A DNA stretch of 64,000 bases from Nitrospirota bacterium (GCA_963749655.1 CAVVOB010000028.1:32001-96000); one strand, 5' to 3'. Positions 30,986 through 40,799 are shown, counted from the stretch's first letter. Translations and numbers: made by a program. The notes: generated by a model not told the origin, from the letters alone.

Positions 30986-31750
30986 TCAAACCCACCCGGG
31001 GGCCAGGCCATGGGCGGCCTCGTCGTTGATGAATCGACGGATCACCTCGCCGCCCTGGGGGGAGATGGTCAGGAACTGCAGGCCGACGCCCTGCAGGCCC
31101 GAGGATACTCCGCCTGAAGGCCGGCAGTAGACAACTCTCGCCTCCGCCGTGACAACCTGCCCGTGAAGGGTCATCTGGAGAAGGACCTGTGAATTCACGG
31201 GATAGGATTTCATGGTCCGTATGTGGATGCCTTTTGTCGAAAGATTCGTGGCGCACTCGTCCTCCACGCAGTCGAGCGGTCTGTCGTTGACGACAACGGG
31301 CAGGCGTGTCGGGATACGGACGTCGGCGCGGCGCGAACGCGGCTCCATAATGGGCGAAATGGCCCGGTAAAGATCATTGGACTGGACCGGTTTAACAAGG
31401 CAGGCCGCGGCTCCGGCCTCACGGCACTGTTTCTCGGTCTCGGGTGTGAGATCCGCGGTCATCACGACGATCGGAACGGCATGAGTGCGGGGCTCCTTTC
31501 TGATGCGCAGCATCAGCTCCATGCCGCTCATGCCCCTGAGGTTCAGTTCCGTGATAATGAGGGCCGGTGCGGCAGCTTCCGCCATCTCCAGGGCGGGCCC
31601 GGCACCTGACGCGGTGCAGACAGGGTACGTGATCCGCTGGAGGACCATGGACAAAAAGACGAGGTTCTGCGCGTCGCTGTCCACCACCAGCACAAAGCTG
31701 TTGTTCCTGTTTGCCGGTCCCGGGGCACCATCGTGCGTCAGATCTGTCAT
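30986..31750 (-). CDS. Receiver (atypical, Asp replaced by Glu) plus PilZ domain protein
   Basis: VLVVDSD...LIITELNLRGMSG...LVKP; PilZ motifs RADVR (RxxxR) and NLSTKG; GVGLQF. Confidence 0.87.
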   Translation of the reverse strand: MTDLTHDGAPGPANRNNSFVLVVDSDAQNLVFLSMVLQRITYPVCTASGAGPALEMAEAAAPALIITELNLRGMSGMELMLRIRKEPRTHAVPIVVMTADLTPETEKQCREAGAAACLVKPVQSNDLYRAISPIMEPRSRRADVRIPTRLPVVVNDRPLDCVEDECATNLSTKGIHIRTMKSYPVNSQVLLQMTLHGQVVTAEARVVYCRPSGGVSSGLQGVGLQFLTISPQGGEVIRRFINDEAAHGLAPGWV

Positions 31751-31908
31751 GACTTCTCCTTCACGACCCCCTGGCAGGGGCCCTCTTTTTTGCTCACCGG
31801 CAGTCCGCTTGTAAAGCTCAGGAAAGCACTCCTCAACCCAGGAACGATCCATGCGCCGATGTTGTCAGCCGCATGAGAGTCGCATACGTTCCACGATAAA
31901 TTTTATGG

Positions 31909-31936
31909 ATTATACAGCCGCGGTTGTTTTTGTCAA
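31909..31936 (-). promoter_or_regulatory. Consensus sigma70 promoter for the REC-PilZ gene
   Basis: TTGACA-N16-TATAAT on the minus strand. Confidence 0.7.
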
Positions 31937-32101
31937 GAAATTCGATTTTCCGCATTTTGACCGAAGGGACGAAAAGAGCAATGTGCTTGACAGGGAATGA
32001 GACCGGCATCAGAAGAAGTGTCATGGAACGGGGAATGAGCACAGCTTGATTACGGGACCGAGTGCGCCTCCTGATAAGAAGGATTACCCTCGCCCAGGGA
32101 C

Positions 32102-32128
32102 AAAAAAAGTCCCGGGTATTCCCGGGAC
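32102..32128 (-). terminator. Intrinsic terminator after the ferritin-like gene
   Basis: AGTCCCGGG-tatt-CCCGGGACT with an A-tract on + (T-tract on -). Confidence 0.8.
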
Positions 32129-32204
32129 TGATTCCGTAGTATCGATTAGTAAAATCAATGTGCGGGCTCTCGATCGTCTTAAGAACCGGAAAAACGGGAT
32201 AACG

Positions 32205-32681
32205 TCAATTCCCCATGCCGCGCCTGAAAGCATCGAGCCACATGATGTGGCTTTTCTCCTCGTTGATGACCTCGTCGACGATCTCCTTCTCCCTCACGAT
32301 GGACCGGAGCTCCATGAAGTAAAGCAGCGTCTCCTTCTCGAACCCGAGCGCAAATTTGACGGCATCGTTCACGGTCCTCACATGGTCCATGGACGGAAGG
32401 GCCTTGGCCCTGCCGAGGAAGAACTCCGATTCGACAAAGGCCCTCATGTAGTTGCTCACTTCTTCCCACTGCACCGGCTCCGTCCCCTTCTTCGCGACCA
32501 GGTCCTTCAACCCCATAAAGGTCTTCTCGTGCGATTTTTCCTTGGTGGCCAGCGTGGTGAATAGCTTCACCAGCCCGTTGTCCTTCTTGAATTTATCGGC
32601 CATGCCCGTATAAAACTTGTACCCCAGTGTTTCGGTCTGAACCGCCATCTCCAGGACTTCGTCGATCGAATACTTGTTCAT
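32205..32681 (-). CDS. Ferritin-like/rubrerythrin family protein
   Basis: EMAVQTE..GYKFY; LATKEKSH; ALGFEKETLLYF; INEEKSH (paired ExxH motifs). Confidence 0.9.
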   Translation of the reverse strand: MNKYSIDEVLEMAVQTETLGYKFYTGMADKFKKDNGLVKLFTTLATKEKSHEKTFMGLKDLVAKKGTEPVQWEEVSNYMRAFVESEFFLGRAKALPSMDHVRTVNDAVKFALGFEKETLLYFMELRSIVREKEIVDEVINEEKSHIMWLDAFRRGMGN

Positions 32682-32777
32682 GCTCGTCTCCCTCGTGAAT
32701 AGAAGTGAATGGTCTGCGTGACCTGCCGCGCTCTGCATTAAGTACTAGGGAAAGCATAGCGCGTTCCCGGGGGAGTG

Positions 32778-33446
32778 TCAACCTGATGCAGGCGGCCGGG
32801 GTTCCTCGACGATCATGCCCTGTTTCATGAGCAGAAGCCGGTCGGCGAGCCGCATTGCCTGGTCGCGGTCATGGGTGGTCATGACGACCGTTGTGCGGCC
32901 TTCCTTCTTCATGGCGAGAATGATCGATTCGATGATCCCGGTGTTCTCCTCGTCCACCGATGCCGTGGGTTCATCGAGAAAGAGGATCTCGGGGCGGATG
33001 ACGAGCGCCCGGGCGATGCCGAGCCGCTGCGCCTCGCCGCTCGAAAGGGTCCGGGCGGACTGGTTCTTCCTGTGCTCCAGGCCGACGAAGGCCAGAGCTT
33101 CGGCGACCCGCTGTTCGAGCTCTCTTTTCTGAACGCCACGGATTCCGAGCCCGTAGGCGACGTTCTGGAACGCCGTCGTATTGAAGACTCCCGTACGGGG
33201 CAAGACGAGCGTGATCCGCCGCATGAGCGTCAGGTCCTGTTCCAGGGCCGCGCCGTTGTCGGCAAAGACCAGCTCGCCGGCGTCGGGCTTTTCGAGCAGC
33301 GCGCAGATCCTGAGAAAGGTCGACTTGCCGCAGCCGTTCGATCCCATGAGCACGGACGTCCCCTGGTCATCGAACGAGACGGTGCAGTCCTGGAGGATGG
33401 TCCTCCCGCCGTAGTTCTTTTTTATGCGGGATGCGGTAAGCTTCAT
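32778..33446 (-). CDS. tupC: ABC ATPase, tungstate transporter TupC-like
   Basis: GSNGCGKS; LSSGEAQR; FLDEPT; TTHD; overlaps the permease stop. Confidence 0.85.
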   Translation of the reverse strand: MKLTASRIKKNYGGRTILQDCTVSFDDQGTSVLMGSNGCGKSTFLRICALLEKPDAGELVFADNGAALEQDLTLMRRITLVLPRTGVFNTTAFQNVAYGLGIRGVQKRELEQRVAEALAFVGLEHRKNQSARTLSSGEAQRLGIARALVIRPEILFLDEPTASVDEENTGIIESIILAMKKEGRTTVVMTTHDRDQAMRLADRLLLMKQGMIVEEPRPPASG

Positions 33447-34147
33447 GCGCTGTGCACCGAACCTTTATTCTGAACTCCGTGAAGCAGGGCATTGACGAAG
33501 AACGAGATTGCCAGGAGGATGATGCCCAGGGCCAGGGCGAGCTCGAAATTGCCCTTGTCGGTCTCGAGTGCGATGGTCGTGGTCATGACACGCGTGTAGC
33601 CCGCGATGTTTCCGCCCACGATCAGGATGGAGCCCACCTCGGCCATGACCCTGCCGAAGGCCGCGATGATCGCGGACAGGATGCCGTAGCGCGCCTCCCT
33701 GAGGACCGTTATGGTCACCTGCCCGGGCGTTGCTCCCAGCGTCCGGGCGGCCTGGCGGATGACGGGGTCCACCCCCATGACGGCGGAGTGGCAGAGCGAG
33801 GCGACGATCGGCAGGGCGAGGATGGTTTGGGCAATGATCATTGCCGAAGGCGAATACAGCAGTCCCAGGAATCCCAGCGGTCCCCTGCGCGACAGAAAGA
33901 GATAGACGAACAAGCCGACGACGACGGGAGGGAGCCCCATGAACGTGTTCGTGACGCTTATGGCGAAGTCCCGGCCGGGAAATTGCTTAAGGCCGAGCAG
34001 CGCTCCCAGAGGAAGCCCCAAAACGGTCGCCAGCGCCAACGCGAGGCCGGACACTTTCAAAGACAGGAGGATAATGCCGAACAACTCGGCGTTGAGATGA
34101 AAGATCAGAGTAAAAGCCTGGAAGAAACCCTGGGATATTGAATCCAT
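33443..34147 (-). CDS. tupB: Tungstate ABC permease
   Basis: NTFMGLPPVVVGL; GPLGFLGLLYSP; FGRVMAEVG; GGNIAGYTRVMTTTIALET. Confidence 0.92.
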   Translation of the reverse strand: MDSISQGFFQAFTLIFHLNAELFGIILLSLKVSGLALALATVLGLPLGALLGLKQFPGRDFAISVTNTFMGLPPVVVGLFVYLFLSRRGPLGFLGLLYSPSAMIIAQTILALPIVASLCHSAVMGVDPVIRQAARTLGATPGQVTITVLREARYGILSAIIAAFGRVMAEVGSILIVGGNIAGYTRVMTTTIALETDKGNFELALALGIILLAISFFVNALLHGVQNKGSVHSA

Positions 34148-34234
34148 AGATAAAAGACGGACCGGCGCGGGGAGGTATACTGGGGGTATCGACTCGCTTA
34201 TGCCGCGACGGTCCGTGCTTCTGCTGCATCCTTT

Positions 34235-35044
34235 TTATTTTGCGTTCGGGATAAAGAGCGGATTTCCGTTCTTGTCCTTGTACGCGGCTACCGCGTCCTG
34301 GCCCTCTTTCGAAATGATCCAGTTCACGAATTCCATGGCTTCTTTATATTTCACGTTCTTGGCTTTATCCGGGTTCACGGCCATGACCCCGTACTGGTTG
34401 AAAAGCGCGGGATCGCCTTCCAGCACGATGACCATATCCAGCTTGTCCTTGTCCTTTGTGGCGAGCCAGGTGCCGCGGTCCGACAGGGTGTAGGCCCGTT
34501 TCTCGTCTGCGACGCGCTGGGTCTTTTCCATGCCCTGGCCGACTTCAAGATACCATTTCCGGCCTGCCGGTTCAATCCCTGCCTTTTTCCAGAGCGAAAG
34601 CTCCTTGGTATTGGTGCCCGACTTGTCCCCGCGGGACACGAAGGACGAGCCTGATTCGGAAATCTTCTTGAAGGCATCGGCAGCCGAAGTCATTCCTTTG
34701 ATCTTCGCCGGATCGTTCGTCGGGCCGATGATTACGAAGTCGTTGTACATGACGTCGTGACGGTTTACGAAATAGCCTTCTTCGACCGCCTTCAGCTCCT
34801 GCTCCTTGGCATGGACGAAGACCACGTCCGCGTCGCCGCGCTTGCCGATCTCGATCGATGCGCCCGTGCCCACAGCAACGACGTCGATCTTGATGCCCGT
34901 CTTTTTCTCGAAGAGCGGGAGCAGATAATCGAACAACCCGGAGTTCTGCGTGCTCGTGGTGGACGCCATCTTGATGCGTGTCTCGGCAAAGGCCATGGTG
35001 CTGATAAGAATCAGTGTCAGTGCAGCAGTCGCTACTTTTCTCAT
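34235..35044 (-). CDS. tupA: Tungstate-binding protein TupA, copy 1 (with signal peptide)
   Basis: ASTTSTQNSGL; AVGTG; VFVHA; MYNDFVIIGP; FVSRGDKSGT; YTLSDRGT. Confidence 0.92.
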   Translation of the reverse strand: MRKVATAALTLILISTMAFAETRIKMASTTSTQNSGLFDYLLPLFEKKTGIKIDVVAVGTGASIEIGKRGDADVVFVHAKEQELKAVEEGYFVNRHDVMYNDFVIIGPTNDPAKIKGMTSAADAFKKISESGSSFVSRGDKSGTNTKELSLWKKAGIEPAGRKWYLEVGQGMEKTQRVADEKRAYTLSDRGTWLATKDKDKLDMVIVLEGDPALFNQYGVMAVNPDKAKNVKYKEAMEFVNWIISKEGQDAVAAYKDKNGNPLFIPNAK

Positions 35045-35090
35045 CGTATCTCCTCCAAAGAAATCATTTCGTGCTTTTATTTTGTGTCTT

Positions 35091-35119
35091 CTCTGCGCTC
35101 TCTGCGTCCTCTGCGGTGA
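35091..35119. repeat. 9-mer tandem repeat (CTCTGCG.. x3)
   Basis: CTCTGCGCT CTCTGCGTC CTCTGCGGTGA between tupA copies. Confidence 0.75.
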
Positions 35120-35134
35120 GATGTTTTTGTCGTT

Positions 35135-35987
35135 CTACAGTGTTTTCCCTTCCGACGAATTGGGGAAGAACAGCGGCTCCCCGTACTTGTCCTTTCCAAA
35201 TTCGCGGATGATGGTCTGCGCTTCTTTGCCCTGCAGCCACTCGACGAACTGCATGGCCTCGGCATGGCGGACCTGCGGGAATTTCGCCGGGTTGACCGGG
35301 ATCAGGGTTATGTAGTTGAGCAGAACGCCATCCCCATCAACCAGGACCTGCAAAGTGATCTTCGGCTTCATGGTAATATAGGTGGCGCGGTCCATGATGA
35401 GATAGGCCTGTTTTTCGTTTGCATACGCGAGGGTGGGCGCGTTCCCTTTCGACCCCTGTTCAAAAACAGCGTACCAGGCGCCCTGGGGTTCGACGCCGGC
35501 CTTTTTCCAGACATCCAGCTCCTTTACGTGGGTGCCCGATTTGTCTCCGCGCGTGACGAAAAGGGCCTTTGCGTCGGCGATCTTGCGAAGCGCCGCAGCC
35601 GCATCTTTCATGCCCTTGATCTTTGCCGGGTCGGACGGCGGCCCAAGGATCACGAAATCGTTGTACATCAGATCGTACCGTTTCGTGCCGAATCCGTCGG
35701 CAACGAACTTTTCCTCAAGCGCCTTTGCATGAACAAGCACGAGGTCGTACTTTCCCGTCTCGGACATCTTCAAGGCCTGGCCAGTGCCTGCGCCCGTGTG
35801 CTCGACCGCGATGCCGGTCTTTTTCGTAAAGGCCTCCTCCAGCGCGCCGACAATGCCTGCATCTATCGGGCCGATGGTGCTGGCCAGCATGATCTTTCTG
35901 GGCTGATGTTGTTTCTGCGGCCAGGGCCAGGGGACCCGACAAGAGAATCAGAAGCACGGCAAGCGACGACAGCAAACGGCTCTGCAT
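35135..35987 (-). CDS. TupA paralogue 2 with variant motif STIGPIDAG; 1-nt frameshift after the signal peptide (~35895)
   Basis: Signal peptide MQSRLLSSLAVLLILLSGPLALA in one frame; mature domain LASTIGPIDAGI...MYNDFVILGP...RGDKSGTH in another. Confidence 0.87.
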
Positions 35988-36002
35988 TAAGACACCTCCT
36001 GT

Positions 36003-36794
36003 TTAATTTTTTCGCCGCTCCGCGGACGCGGCGAACTGAACTGCATCGGGATTGAAAAGACGAGTGCCCTGTTTCGAGTATTTCGCTATGATGCCCTGCC
36101 CCTCGGGCGAGGTCGCAAAAGCGATGAAATCCATTGCTTCACGGTACCGAACGTTTGGAAAACGGTCGGGGTTGACGGCGATCACACTGTAAAGATTCTT
36201 CAGCGCCGGGTCGCCCTGAAGAAGGATCTTCAGATCGAGCTGCTTCTCGTAGTTCAGGAACGTTCCGATGTCCGTCAATGTGTAGGCTTTCTTCTGGTCC
36301 GCAATAAGAAGGGTATCGCCCATTTTCCCGCCGGTCTCAAAGTACCATCCCTTGCCTTTCGGACTGATGCCCGCATCATCCCACAGGTCCAGCTCCCTGA
36401 TGTTCGTGCCCGAGTCGTCTCCCCGGGAAACGAAGGGAGAGCCCGTTTCCGCGACGAGTTCAAGAGCTTCTGCCGCCGTTTTCACGGTTTTTACCCGCGC
36501 CGGGTCCTTTGCAGGGCCGGCAATGACGAAGGCATTATGCATGACCGCACGGCGGTTCACGCCGTAGCCTTCGGCAACGAACTTTTCCTCCCGGAAAGGA
36601 TCATGCACAAAAAGCAGATCGGCCTCGCCTTTTTTTGCAATGCGCAGGGCCTTGCCCGTTCCTACGGCGATCACTTCGACGGACACGTCGTACTTCGTCG
36701 ATTTTTCGTAAGCGGGAATAAGGATGTCGAAGAGACCGGAGTTCTGGGTGCTGGTGGTAGAGGCGATGACGAGCTTGACGGCTTTTTTCTTCAT
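36003..36794 (-). CDS. TupA paralogue 3, no signal peptide
   Basis: MKKKAVKLVIASTTSTQNSGL...FVSRGDDSGT; GAGG RBS; in-frame TAA 10 codons upstream. Confidence 0.87.
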   Translation of the reverse strand: MKKKAVKLVIASTTSTQNSGLFDILIPAYEKSTKYDVSVEVIAVGTGKALRIAKKGEADLLFVHDPFREEKFVAEGYGVNRRAVMHNAFVIAGPAKDPARVKTVKTAAEALELVAETGSPFVSRGDDSGTNIRELDLWDDAGISPKGKGWYFETGGKMGDTLLIADQKKAYTLTDIGTFLNYEKQLDLKILLQGDPALKNLYSVIAVNPDRFPNVRYREAMDFIAFATSPEGQGIIAKYSKQGTRLFNPDAVQFAASAERRKN

Positions 36795-36852
36795 GGTGTT
36801 AACCTCAATGGAAGGACTACCTTATTGTAGGAGCAGCACCGGATAAAGTAAA

Positions 36853-36889
36853 ATGCAAAAAAGTCATGGCCTTTATGTATTTTTTGCAT
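36853..36889. promoter_or_regulatory. Two LysR-type boxes (ATG-N9-CAT) upstream of the tup operon
   Basis: ATGCAAAAAAGTCAT (36853-36867) and ATGTATTTTTTGCAT (36875-36889). Confidence 0.6.
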
Positions 36890-37035
36890 GCAGCAAGGAC
36901 GTGCAGTTGGTTGGAGAGAATTTGCGGGGGGCATGCCTCCCCCAAGGCAGCAGCCTCATCCCTCGCTGCCTCGGTTGGTTGCCCCTGGTGAAAAGCGAAC
37001 GCGCCCGCTGAGCCGGATTCTTCGGCAAAGCAGGA

Positions 37036-38013
37036 CTAAAAGTACTGCGCAATATACTTTATCGCAAGAAACATGATCGCAGAACCCACAAAGACCTTAA
37101 TGAACTTCTGCGGCACATATTTCTGCGTCTTTGCGCCCAGGTACATGCCGATAAAGCCGCCTATGCCGAAAAGGAATCCCAGAGGCCAGTCAGGCATAGG
37201 CGATATGCCGTTCGTAGCGGGCAGAACGCTGAAGAACAGCGCACCGGCGATCGACGTGATGAACGTTCCCATGAGCGTCGCTCCGGCGATTGTATAGACA
37301 GGCAAATGAAAGAAAGCCACGCAGAACGGTGCGATGATCGCGCCTCCGCCGATGCCGTAGGCCCCGCCGATGATGCCGACGATGAACGCCAGGCTGAACA
37401 TGCCGATGGTGTTGAAGCTGAACCGCTCGCCCCAGAACTCGTATTCCACTCTTTTCATCGAAACGCTGATGGTCTTCACAACTGCGTCAGCAGGAATCCC
37501 TGCGGCCACCTTTGAGTTTTGTTCTTTTTTTATTTCCGTTGTCCGTGCCTTGAACTTTTCCTCCAGAGATTTAGCGGCCGCAGACTGCGCTTTGTTCGGG
37601 AACAGCAGCTCCTTGAACAGCCGGATGCCGATGTACAGCAGCACGCAGCCGACAAAGAGCTTGAACGTCTTGGGATCAGGCAGGTACAGGACGCGGAGAT
37701 AATACCCGATAAACACACCCGGCAGGGTCCCGGCTATGACCACCCAGGTAAGCGGCCATGCCATGCGGCCTTCTTTGATATACCGGTAGACGCCGCTCGG
37801 GATGGCGACGATGTTGAAGACATGGTTCGTCCCGCTGACTGACGGGGCTGTGTAATTGAGAACGCTCATTTGGAACGGGAGAAGAAGGAATGCTCCGGAA
37901 ATGCCGCCCATGGAGGTGAAGAATGAAATGACTAACGAGATCAACGGCGGAAGAAGGACGCTGGTGGTCACCCCGGAAATGCCAAAGGTCACATGCAGAA
38001 TGTCCATTTGCAT
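37036..38013 (-). CDS. TauE/SafE family sulfite exporter-like permease
   Basis: SFFTSMGGISGAFLLLPF; GIIGGAYGIGGGAIIAPF; GMYLGAK; multiple TMs; start MQMDIL after GGGAGG. Confidence 0.88.
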   Translation of the reverse strand: MQMDILHVTFGISGVTTSVLLPPLISLVISFFTSMGGISGAFLLLPFQMSVLNYTAPSVSGTNHVFNIVAIPSGVYRYIKEGRMAWPLTWVVIAGTLPGVFIGYYLRVLYLPDPKTFKLFVGCVLLYIGIRLFKELLFPNKAQSAAAKSLEEKFKARTTEIKKEQNSKVAAGIPADAVVKTISVSMKRVEYEFWGERFSFNTIGMFSLAFIVGIIGGAYGIGGGAIIAPFCVAFFHLPVYTIAGATLMGTFITSIAGALFFSVLPATNGISPMPDWPLGFLFGIGGFIGMYLGAKTQKYVPQKFIKVFVGSAIMFLAIKYIAQYF

Positions 38014-38242
38014 CCCTCCCAGAGGAACAGCTGTTGGAGACCCTTCTTTAAACCGCTTTCGATTATAGTCGTGCAAAACCTCCAAGTCAACAAATGTCTG
38101 GCGGTGAGCACTATGCATCCGCGAGGAGTTTTGACCGAGGCTTCAAACGCAGTCCCTTTTCCCGCTGCGGAGGTTTATTCTGCGGATGAACAGCAATGAA
38201 TCATAAATGAAGCGGGAGGATAAAAGCAAATTCCTCCTTGTC

Positions 38243-38266
38243 ATGAGGGGAATCCATTTCCTGCAT
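38243..38266. promoter_or_regulatory. LysR-type box in the divergent tauE/lysR promoter
   Basis: ATGAGGGGAATCCAT (ATG-N9-CAT) overlapping ATCCATTTCCTGCAT; TTGACA-N17-TACAAT follows for lysR. Confidence 0.5.
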
Positions 38267-38335
38267 GGCCAGGCGATGGAATTCATTGACAAAGCGGGGA
38301 CACGCCATTACAATGAGCGCTGAAGAACAAATGCC

Positions 38336-39238
38336 ATGGAAGACCACCGTCTGAAATCGTACTGTCTCGTTGTCGAGACCAAAAGTTTTTCCCGGGCCGC
38401 GCAGGCGCGGCACATGACCCAGTCCGCCATGAGCCGCCTGGTGAAGAGCCTCGAGGACGAGCTGGGCGTCACGCTCCTCCATAGAAAGGGCAAGACGGTC
38501 GCGCCCACGCCCGAAGGCAGGCTCTTCTATGAGCACGCGAAAAAAATCCTTGAAGACTACCTGCGGTTGGAACAGGACATCAGTGCGGCAACGCGCGCGG
38601 CAAAAGGCGCCCTTCGCCTGGGCGCAAGCAGAACACCGGCCGTGCATCTTCTGCCCCGGGTCGTCTATGAGTTTTCCAAAGCGCATCCCGGCATCAGCAT
38701 TCACCTGTCGGTAAGCAAGACCTCGCGAGTTTTTTTGGATCTCCGCGAGGGTAGAATCGATATGGGGATTGTCGAGGGAACCATCATTGATAAGACTTTT
38801 TCCGCTGATGCCATAGCCGAGGACGAAATTGTCATCATCGCCTCTGAGAACAATCCTCTGACGAAAAAAAAGGACATTCCTTTTCGGGAGCTGACTGCCG
38901 AGCCGTTCATTCTTCCCGACCGCGGTTCAGGAACACGGGAGCTGCTGGATGATTATTTTCGGGAATCGGGGATCGACGTGAGAACCATCAAGGTCCGCAT
39001 GACTCTCGGCAGCCCTGAAATGATCGTTCAGATGGTCCAGGCCGGGATGGGCATCGCATTCGCTTCGAAGTGGTCGGTGTTTACGGCAGTCAAAGAAGGC
39101 ACGGTGAAGGTCCTGAAAGTGCCGGGCAAAAAAATCGCTCGGAAATTCTACCTCGTCAGCGCTCCCGGCGAGCTCACAACGCCGGCCGGAACGTTCCGGG
39201 AGTTTATCAAGCAGTACAATTTTTTTGCGCCCTTTTAA
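38336..39238 (+). CDS. LysR family transcriptional regulator (CysL-like)
   Basis: SFSRAA...MTQSAMSRLVKSLEDELGVTLL; IDMGIVEG; GSGTRE. Confidence 0.93.
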   Translation: MEDHRLKSYCLVVETKSFSRAAQARHMTQSAMSRLVKSLEDELGVTLLHRKGKTVAPTPEGRLFYEHAKKILEDYLRLEQDISAATRAAKGALRLGASRTPAVHLLPRVVYEFSKAHPGISIHLSVSKTSRVFLDLREGRIDMGIVEGTIIDKTFSADAIAEDEIVIIASENNPLTKKKDIPFRELTAEPFILPDRGSGTRELLDDYFRESGIDVRTIKVRMTLGSPEMIVQMVQAGMGIAFASKWSVFTAVKEGTVKVLKVPGKKIARKFYLVSAPGELTTPAGTFREFIKQYNFFAPF

Positions 39239-39499
39239 TGAGCACCGCTGTTCCTGCCGGGCGCCCCTGCTTACGCCGGAGGAACAACGCGGCATGAGCA
39301 CCTGTCTGCCGGCCCGGGCGGTCCGCACCTCTTCCCGTTATTTCGCATTTCGCCATCCGAAATCCGCAATGCTGAAAAATGCCCTTTAAAACTGCCTTTC
39401 GCTGTTGACAAGCGTGATACGATTTGTTACAGTTGCGCGGTACGCGGTATCGAAACACCGCGAAAAGAATCAGTACGGCAATCATTTCAGGAGGCGGTT

Positions 39500-40735
39500 A
39501 TGGCGGGTAAACTTGCAGTAGTGGTCGGCGGCGGGCCGGCGCCGGGCATCAACGGCGTTATCAGCGCGGTGACTTTTGAGGCATTAAAGCACGGCGTCGA
39601 CGTCATCGGCGTGCACGACGGCTTCAAGTGGCTGTCGAAGGGCGATACGAGCCATACAACGAATCTCGGCAACGGCGAGATCTCCCGGATCCATATGCGG
39701 GGAGGGTCCATCATCGGAACGTCGCGCGAGAACCCCACCAAGAGCCCTGAGAAGATGGCGAATGTGATCAAGGCCCTGACCGGGCTCGGCGTCAAATATC
39801 TCGTAACGATCGGCGGCGACGACACGGCCTACACCTCGACGCGCGTGGAGCAGGAAGCGCACGGCGCGATCGCCGTCTGCCACGTGCCTAAGACGATCGA
39901 TAACGATCTTCCGCTGCCGCACGGCGTGCCCACCTTCGGCTTCGAGACGGCGGTCTCTCTCGGCTCCCAGCTCGTGGAAAACCTGATGGAGGATGCGCGC
40001 ACCGCCGCCCGGTGGTACTTCGTGATCGCCATGGGCCGCTCGGCCGGCCATCTTGCCCTCGGCATAGGCATGGGCGCCGGCGCAACGCTCACGCTGATCC
40101 CCGAAGAGCTCGGGAACAAGATCTCGCTGAACAAGGTCCTGTCCATTCTGGAAGGCGCGATCATCAAGCGCCTCTCCTACGGCAGAGGCTATGGCGTGGC
40201 GGTCATCGCCGAGGGCGTGGCCACCCGGTTCGATCCCGAGGAGCTGACCTTTTTGAAGGACGTCCCCCGCGACGACCACGGAAATATCCGCCTTGCCGAG
40301 ATCCCGATCGGCGACATGCTGAAGCAGCGGGTCGCCGCCGGTCTCGAGTCCATCGGTGTCAAAACCACGATCATCGCCAAGGACATCGGCTATGAGCTCC
40401 GCTGCCATCCGCCCATCTCCTACGACCGCGAATACACGCGCTATCTGGGCTACAGCGCCGTCAAGTTCCTCGTCGGCGGAGGGTCCGGCGCCATGATCAT
40501 GCTCAAGGACGGCGTCTGCCACCCGATCAAGTTCGCCGACCTGCTCGATCCCAAGACAGGCAAAACGAGGATCCGGACCATCGACATAAATGCCGATGAC
40601 TACCATATGGCGCGGCGATACATGATCCGTCTGGAGAAGGAAGACATGGAAGGCGAGTCGCTCAAAAAACTCGCATCAGCGGCGAAAATGTCGCCCGAGG
40701 ACTTCAAGAAGAGGTACTCGGTCGCGGTCGGGTGA
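39500..40735 (+). CDS. pfp: Pyrophosphate-dependent phosphofructokinase
   Basis: GGGPAPGIN; TIGGDDT (GGDD) and PKTIDND, the PPi-type signatures; MGRSAG; GYELR. TTGACA-N17-TACAGT promoter upstream. Confidence 0.92.
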   Translation: MAGKLAVVVGGGPAPGINGVISAVTFEALKHGVDVIGVHDGFKWLSKGDTSHTTNLGNGEISRIHMRGGSIIGTSRENPTKSPEKMANVIKALTGLGVKYLVTIGGDDTAYTSTRVEQEAHGAIAVCHVPKTIDNDLPLPHGVPTFGFETAVSLGSQLVENLMEDARTAARWYFVIAMGRSAGHLALGIGMGAGATLTLIPEELGNKISLNKVLSILEGAIIKRLSYGRGYGVAVIAEGVATRFDPEELTFLKDVPRDDHGNIRLAEIPIGDMLKQRVAAGLESIGVKTTIIAKDIGYELRCHPPISYDREYTRYLGYSAVKFLVGGGSGAMIMLKDGVCHPIKFADLLDPKTGKTRIRTIDINADDYHMARRYMIRLEKEDMEGESLKKLASAAKMSPEDFKKRYSVAVG

Positions 40736-40799
40736 GTTCATTGCAGCTTTGATCGGCGGCGGGTTTAATCAAGAATCAAATTCGTCTCAAAACACATTT

